64,000 nt of DNA, taken from Mytilus californianus (lineage: Eukaryota). Under the pieces are notes generated by a model that was given only the letters and a program-made list of their open reading frames with translations, searched no databases and had not been told where the DNA came from. This document shows positions 63,101 to 64,000 of this stretch, piece by piece (position 1 is the first letter of the stretch; each line of letters opens with the position of its first letter). The stretch spans positions 75,764,001 through 75,828,000 of the forward strand of contig NW_026262581.1 in the NCBI RefSeq assembly GCF_021869535.1, read 5' to 3'. Position numbers and translations under genes: made by a program.

Positions 63101-63349
63101 CCAATATTTTAAGCTAGAGACAATACTGTGGTTACTGAAATGGTATTTCCTCAAATTTCACAAAAATAGAATCATTATAAGCATTTTTTAGATGTATCAG
63201 TCCAGTATTAAATATATATTTGCCTGAGAATGTATGTAGACTATTTCCACCTTACCATTTTTCAGAACACGGAGTACTTGTAGCATTATTCCAGGTTGTG
63301 ATTGGTCAAATACAGGACAGTGTTTATCTGACGTAGTTTTTCCAGAAAG
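8554..63349 (+). CDS. CACHD1-like: Large multi-exon gene (31 exons seen, 3' incomplete): VWA + double Cache protein (CACHD1/alpha2delta family) extended by repeated PSI-like + SEA-like modules
   Basis: 31 GT-AG exons join in consistent phase to 4598 nt with no stop. Signal peptide MKFSIATILSVLVSF; WQYFGDSDGNYHQYP; VVIVVDESGS, FLTDG (VWA); GVAGID, YDPRDDIWY, GVVAAD, CYIVDDAGY (Cache); CLRC...CQCPCTC Cys region. Orthology to CACHD1 not tested. Confidence 0.9.
10578..12205 (+). mobile_element. 5'-truncated Penelope-like retroelement; RT pseudogene (ORFs 10600-11190 and 11228-11974 separated by a frameshift) plus 3' UTR
   Basis: KTFDFSTLYT, GIPMGINCAPLLADLFL, HYIDD, YLDL, AYGVYISQLIRY motifs typical of PLE RTs; no GIY-YIG before the stop. 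Confidence 0.9.
12790..13105 (-). mobile_element. 3' fragment of a CR1/L2-type LINE ORF2
   Basis: Minus-strand translation PLETRRK..ITLFHK...YKYSFFPQTIRDWNKLP, with one frameshift. Confidence 0.8.
14083..14260 (+). CDS. Exon 2 (DWYV..KKNVVIVVDESGSMS; VWA start)
   Basis: TTTCAG / GTAAGT, phase 2-0, MIDAS DxSxS. Confidence 0.92.
14745..14871 (+). CDS. Exon 3 (VGVVAFSN...)
   Basis: TACAG / GTAAGT, phase 0-1. Confidence 0.9.
15712..15782 (+). CDS. Exon 4 (DTYYGKAFRSAFGLL)
   Basis: TTTTAG / GTATGT, phase 1-0. Confidence 0.85.
16195..16383. mobile_element. Short MITE fragment (…ATCCACAGTA end); related copy at 21174-21395
   Basis: Shared TACTGTGGAT/ATCCACAGTA-type termini and inverse similarity between the two copies. 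Confidence 0.6.
16402..16512 (+). CDS. Exon 5 (MILFLTDG)
   Basis: TACAG / GTAATA, phase 0-0. Confidence 0.9.
17123..17281 (+). CDS. Exon 6 (IKIFVYGFG; VWA end)
   Basis: TTCAG / GTATGT, phase 0-0. Confidence 0.88.
17485..18315 (+). mobile_element. Family 1 dispersed repeat, longest copy in the window (internal deletion)
   Basis: Colinear with 3026-3680; 3' end approximate. Confidence 0.8.
18955..19132 (+). CDS. Exon 7 (..SYYTKF..SLPHIEDKLG)
   Basis: TACAG / GTAAAG, phase 0-1. Confidence 0.88.
19225..19305 (+). mobile_element. Degenerate retrozyme-like remnant (decayed hammerhead)
   Basis: GCCACTAATGTGTCGTATGTAGAATAAAACATGCATCTGGCATACCAAATTATAAGCCTGGTATC; homologous to 32137-32192 and 54512-54680. 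Confidence 0.6.
19435..19587 (+). CDS. Exon 8 (Cache: GVAGIDL..GYGFVVGNKG)
   Basis: CCAG / GTAAAT, phase 1-1. Confidence 0.92.
19896..20047 (+). CDS. Exon 9 (KILIHPYM..)
   Basis: TATAG / GTATGT, phase 1-0. Confidence 0.9.
21444..21830 (+). mobile_element. Helentron-associated element (HINE family b), short copy
   Basis: ATGCCCCCGC ... ACGGGGGCAT subterminal IR, 3' palindrome GTGTCCCATGGACAC, internal ~135 bp units. Confidence 0.75.
22488..23560 (+). mobile_element. HINE family a with internal ~192 bp tandem array (~5 units)
   Basis: T-rich ends, CGT/CGG microsatellite, ATTCACTCTGTGG at 22582/22774/22965/23157, 3' palindrome GGGTTCCGCGGAACCC; inverse copy at 47305-48135. Confidence 0.85.
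23660..23800 (+). CDS. Exon 10 (ATFWK..FYYRPI..YSVVLVI)
   Basis: TGTAG / GTAACT, phase 0-0. Confidence 0.88.
24004..24571 (-). mobile_element. Non-autonomous Helitron
   Basis: Minus strand reads A|TCTATACTAC ... GC-rich hairpin (GGACCAGCAATGTCGCGGGT) ... CTAG|T. Confidence 0.75.
24978..25109 (+). CDS. Exon 11 (FIYHRMDL..FC)
   Basis: TTCAG / GTGAGA, phase 0-0; YHRxDL motif as in CACHD1-type proteins. Confidence 0.9.
25808..25852 (+). ncRNA. Minimal type I hammerhead-ribozyme-like motif, probably a Penelope LTR remnant
   Basis: CTGATGA-C-AGTGCC-CTA-GGCACC-GAAA-CATG-TC; core intact, stems I and II carry mismatches. Confidence 0.55.
26022..26142 (+). CDS. Exon 12 (FAPSVYSNP..)
   Basis: TTTTAG / GTAAAT, phase 0-1. 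Confidence 0.88.
26108..26520 (+). repeat. 57-58 bp tandem array made of exon 12 3' end + splice donor, ~6-7 copies
   Basis: GCAG|GTAAATT at 26143, 26200, 26257, 26315, 26373; degenerate copies after. Confidence 0.92.
26596..26893 (-). mobile_element. Decayed tRNA-derived SINE
   Basis: tRNA-like head on the minus strand, body similar to 62030-62342. Confidence 0.65.
27106..27990 (+). repeat. 58 bp tandem array made of splice acceptor + exon 13 5' part (~8 units), split by an insertion
   Basis: GACAG|ATATACACCAGT at 27117, 27175, 27233, 27291, (27349), 27407, 27881, 27939. Confidence 0.92.
27411..27826. mobile_element. ~415 bp insertion carrying a ~160 bp terminal palindrome (foldback/MITE- or Helitron-like)
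   Basis: Splits one 58 bp unit; AGATTCC..TATTTCTCCACTCG...CGAGTGGAGAAATA..GGAATCT at 27415-27575. Confidence 0.7.
27939..28020 (+). CDS. Exon 13 (DIHQSASNDIVLTNITDQVW..IWR)
   Basis: Only acceptor of the array that gives an open frame; AG|GTACAA donor; phase 1-2. Confidence 0.8.
28265..28745 (+). mobile_element. HINE family e with ~150 bp internal units
   Basis: Homologous to 41060-41680; GGCGGC microsatellite, TTAGTTTGTGAT repeats. Confidence 0.75.
29555..29975 (-). mobile_element. 3' end of an L2/CR1-type LINE
   Basis: Minus-strand KFAAATLWNSL.NHFR, then UTR, AATAAA and (TATTCG)n tail. Confidence 0.7.
30066..30263 (+). CDS. Exon 14 (RYLGTENGFFKIFPG..YDPRDDIWY; second Cache)
   Basis: TATAG / GTACTA, phase 2-2. 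Confidence 0.92.
30703..30816 (+). CDS. Exon 15 (GVVAADM..CYIVDDAG)
   Basis: TTCAAG / GTAAAA, phase 2-2. Confidence 0.9.
31007..31112 (+). CDS. Exon 16 (YVIG..HITQ..QGFLK)
   Basis: TTCAG / GTAACA, phase 2-0. Confidence 0.88.
31647..31829 (+). CDS. Exon 17 (PEVCMD..GCHDYTL..TNLYLL)
   Basis: TTTCAG / GTAAGT, phase 0-0. Confidence 0.9.
31863..32121 (+). mobile_element. Well-preserved tRNA-derived SINE (V-domain-like core)
   Basis: Pol III A box TGGCCGAGTGG, B box GTTCGAACC, core GGTTTTCTCCGGGCACTCCGGCTTCCTCC, (AAATC)n tail. Confidence 0.85.
32137..32192 (+). mobile_element. Internally deleted retrozyme-like remnant
   Basis: GCCATTGATGAGTCTTATG|TCTGGCATACAAAATTATGAGCCTGGTATC. Confidence 0.55.
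32467..32526 (+). CDS. Exon 18 (TCNCQEKCLRCNNQMDSMCQ)
   Basis: TTTCAG / GTTTGT, phase 0-0. Confidence 0.88.
32873..32954 (+). CDS. Exon 19 (CPCTC..NC..APC)
   Basis: TTTCAG / GTAAAT, phase 0-1. Confidence 0.88.
33174..33258 (+). CDS. Exon 20 (..TECQPQCPS)
   Basis: TTACAG / GTAAGT, phase 1-2. Confidence 0.85.
33230..36650 (+). repeat. ~50 bp tandem array made of exon 20 3' end + GTAAGT donor (~18 units, then HINE insertion, then ~9 units)
   Basis: Unit CAGAATGTCAGCCACAATGTTACTCACT|GTAAGTGTTAACATCTCAGAGT. Confidence 0.9.
34127..36201 (+). mobile_element. HINE family c inserted in the 50 bp array; internal 162 bp (x2) and 114-135 bp (x7) units
   Basis: TTTTTATACGACCGCA start, TGCGGTCGTAT subterminal IR, GAGCATTTTATT end; same termini as 42675-44245. 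Confidence 0.85.
36992..37093 (+). CDS. Exon 21: PSI-like (KTEKDCLLMSGCTWC..)
   Basis: TTGTAG / GTATGA, phase 2-2. Confidence 0.88.
37051..37600 (+). repeat. 60 bp in-frame tandem array made of exon 21 3' end + donor (~9 units)
   Basis: ATAG|G(T/C)A(T/A)GA at 37094, 37154, 37214, 37274, 37334, 37394, 37454. Confidence 0.93.
38314..38455 (+). CDS. Exon 22 (RMEINMKTPC..; module 1 unit A)
   Basis: TTACAG / GTTAGA, phase 2-0. Confidence 0.8.
39245..39660 (-). mobile_element. Family 2 dispersed repeat, inverse copy
   Basis: Reverse complement of 4103-4355 plus an extension. Confidence 0.75.
40107..40243 (+). CDS. Exon 23 (DMINFTIAT..)
   Basis: TTTTAG / GTAAGT, phase 0-2. Confidence 0.82.
40838..40994 (+). 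CDS. Exon 24 (LRLTLAFNNVNFT..; SEA-like unit B)
   Basis: TGTAG / GTAACT, phase 2-0. Confidence 0.85.
41060..41680 (+). mobile_element. HINE family e copy
   Basis: Homologous to 28265-28745, 3-4 internal units. Confidence 0.75.
42441..45345 (+). mobile_element. HINE family b (long, ~135 bp array) hosting a nested family c element
   Basis: ATGCCCCCGC .. GCGGGGGCAT IR, 3' palindrome GTGTCCACATGTGGACAC. Confidence 0.8.
42675..44245 (+). mobile_element. HINE family c with ~162 bp array (~8 units), nested in family b
   Basis: Same termini as 34127-36201; splits a host unit at a T run. Confidence 0.85.
45379..45557 (+). CDS. Exon 25 (NEISFML..MCHVNCHQ)
   Basis: TTCAAG / GTGAGT, phase 0-2; paralogous to exon 30. 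Confidence 0.83.
46870..47240 (-). pseudogene. Decayed Penelope-like RT C-terminus and 3' end
   Basis: Minus-strand YGVYI...HDFLHQGLLLKRKLLNQGF with stops; similar to 11660-12030. Confidence 0.65.
47305..48135 (-). mobile_element. HINE family a, inverse copy
   Basis: Reverse complement of 22488-23560. Confidence 0.85.
50263..53667 (-). CDS. Nested antisense gene, 2 coding exons (53257-53667 and 50263-50817), ~321 aa; C-terminal degenerate PLD-like fold
   Basis: ATG MPSKKDRR preceded by a UTR acceptor at ~53708; GAG|GTAACT donor; TTTTCCAG|GTT acceptor; phase 0; two long ORFs in AT-rich DNA; VYIVTPRID and AEVLTTTAHFH motifs. Confidence 0.85.
50828..51019 (-). repeat. 32 bp x6 tandem array abutting the nested gene's 3' splice site
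   Basis: ATAAAATCAACATACATGTACATTTCAATAAA at 50831, 50863, 50895, 50927, 50959, 50991. Confidence 0.92.
52501..52916. mobile_element. MITE in the nested gene's intron
   Basis: Imperfect TIR CTGGTTGGGGAGGATCCTCATAAATGG / CCATTTATGAGGAACTTCTTCAACCTG; TSD not evident. Confidence 0.6.
54512..54680 (-). mobile_element. Retrozyme-like remnant with decayed type I hammerhead (54544-54592)
   Basis: Minus strand CACTGATGA-TCGAGTGTTGTGTGGAT-GAAA-AGCAT-GTC-TGGCATACC. Confidence 0.65.
55677..55769 (+). CDS. Exon 26: PSI-like (DDQHGCNKVPGCHWD..C)
   Basis: TTTCAG / GTAGGA, phase 2-2; paralogous to exons 21 and 31. Confidence 0.85.
56221..56781. mobile_element. Kolobok-like MITE
   Basis: TIR GGAGAAGGTCTGGTAAGGGC..TTTTGGC / GCCAAAAAAGGGGTCTTACCCGGCCTACTCC. 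Confidence 0.7.
57105..58252 (+). mobile_element. HINE family d with two long internal repeats
   Basis: TTTTAGCT start, CGTCCGTCGTC microsatellite, GGTGAGCG + palindrome AGGCTCTTTAGAGCCT end. Confidence 0.8.
58355..58502 (+). CDS. Exon 27 (RIKATVSLPC..; module 2 unit A)
   Basis: TTTCAG / GTTTGT, phase 2-0. Confidence 0.83.
58929..59107 (+). CDS. Exon 28 (DNTLIGRQIQVVL..)
   Basis: TCACAG / GTAAAT, phase 0-2. Confidence 0.85.
59130..59700 (+). mobile_element. Family 2-related dispersed repeat
   Basis: ATGTGGTATGATTGCCAATGAGACA head; GGCTCCTGACTTGGGACAGGC block shared with family 1. Confidence 0.75.
59776..61151. mobile_element. Non-autonomous PIF/Harbinger-type element (1376 bp); contains a family 1 fragment at 60837-60948
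   Basis: TAA|GGGCTATTCCATTAAAAAG..GGGTCGGA.GGCAATT ~45 bp TIRs ... GGAATAGCCC|TAA; 3 bp TAA TSD. Confidence 0.85.
61399..61561 (+). CDS. Exon 29 (MYISLTVDGFD..; module 2 unit B)
   Basis: TTGCAG / GTAAAT, phase 2-0. Confidence 0.87.
62030..62342 (+). mobile_element. Decayed tRNA-derived SINE
   Basis: Body similar to the inverse of 26596-26893; (ATCA)n tail. Confidence 0.65.
62477..62685. mobile_element. MITE with TA flank (Tc1/mariner-like); related fragment near 41765
   Basis: TIR CTGTAAATTCTGAAATTATTGCG / CGCAATAATTTCTGAATTTACAG. Confidence 0.8.
62717..62907 (+). CDS. Exon 30 (DEVTFSV..LCPRSCDE)
   Basis: TTTCAG / GTATGC, phase 0-2. Confidence 0.87.
63266..63349 (+). CDS. Exon 31: third PSI-like exon (TRSTCSIIPGCDWS..C..PER); gene continues beyond the window
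   Basis: TTTCAG / GTAACT, phase 2-2. Confidence 0.87.
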
Positions 63350-64000
63350 GTAACTTTTACATTGAATAGTAGAAAATGATAAGAATCAATAGGAATTAAA
63401 ACAAACCACCTTGATAATTGATCAATGGTTTACTCTGAAGAAGGAGCAGTATTATAGTTAGGCTGACATTATTAATTTTAAGGACGGTTTTACCCCTGTC
63501 GGTCCATCAGTTTTTCCATTCACTGTTCACCAATGTGACTACATTTCATGTTCATTTTTGGTATGTCTTTCTTAGTTAGTTACTGGTAATATTTTCAAAC
63601 AGGAACATATGCATAAGCTCAGCAGAGTGTTGAAAATTTCATTTTAATAAAATAACCAGTTGGTTTTTGTCAAATTTTGTGTGTGTGGCGTTATTAGTTT
63701 GTTTAATAGACAACTTTCGATTTTTTGCACTTTCCTGTAATTTCCAAACATCACAATGCTTATGTTATAATGTCAAAGTAAGAACCAATTGTTCGATGAC
63801 GTCGATTATGCTGATTGACCCCAGGTCAACCAGTATTACTTATCATAGAAAACAAATTGAGTTTGATGTATAGTAGCTACTTTATTTTCTAAGTTTTCAA
63901 GGTAGATTCTGTCTGTTTTATTGGATGTTTTGTACATGTACCAACATAGGATAGTCAGTAATGTGGGCTATACATCACAGAGAAAGTAAAATGTATGAAG

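Overview
AT-rich, intron-rich animal genomic DNA. The repeat families (Helentron-type HINEs, tRNA-derived SINEs, Penelope-like RT, hammerhead retrozyme remnants) suggest a bivalve, most likely Mytilus; this is an inference. Most of the window is one large + strand gene that I assembled by hand into 31 phase-consistent GT-AG exons (8554 to 63349, 4598 nt, about 1530 aa, still open at the window end). It encodes a signal peptide, a VWA domain (intact DESGS...T...TDG MIDAS), double Cache domains and a Cys-rich region like CACHD1/alpha2delta, followed by repeating ~240-260 aa modules (PSI-like Cys motif plus two ~100 aa SEA/ferredoxin-like units). A two-coding-exon antisense gene (~321 aa, apparently a catalytically dead PLD-like fold) is nested in its 10 kb intron 25. 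Four ~50-60 bp tandem arrays in this gene are each built from an exon/intron junction, so they multiply splice donors or acceptors; one is in frame and could add 20-aa Cys-rich repeats. The rest is transposon-derived. No CRISPR, rRNA or genuine tRNA genes were seen. All calls are by eye, with no database searches.
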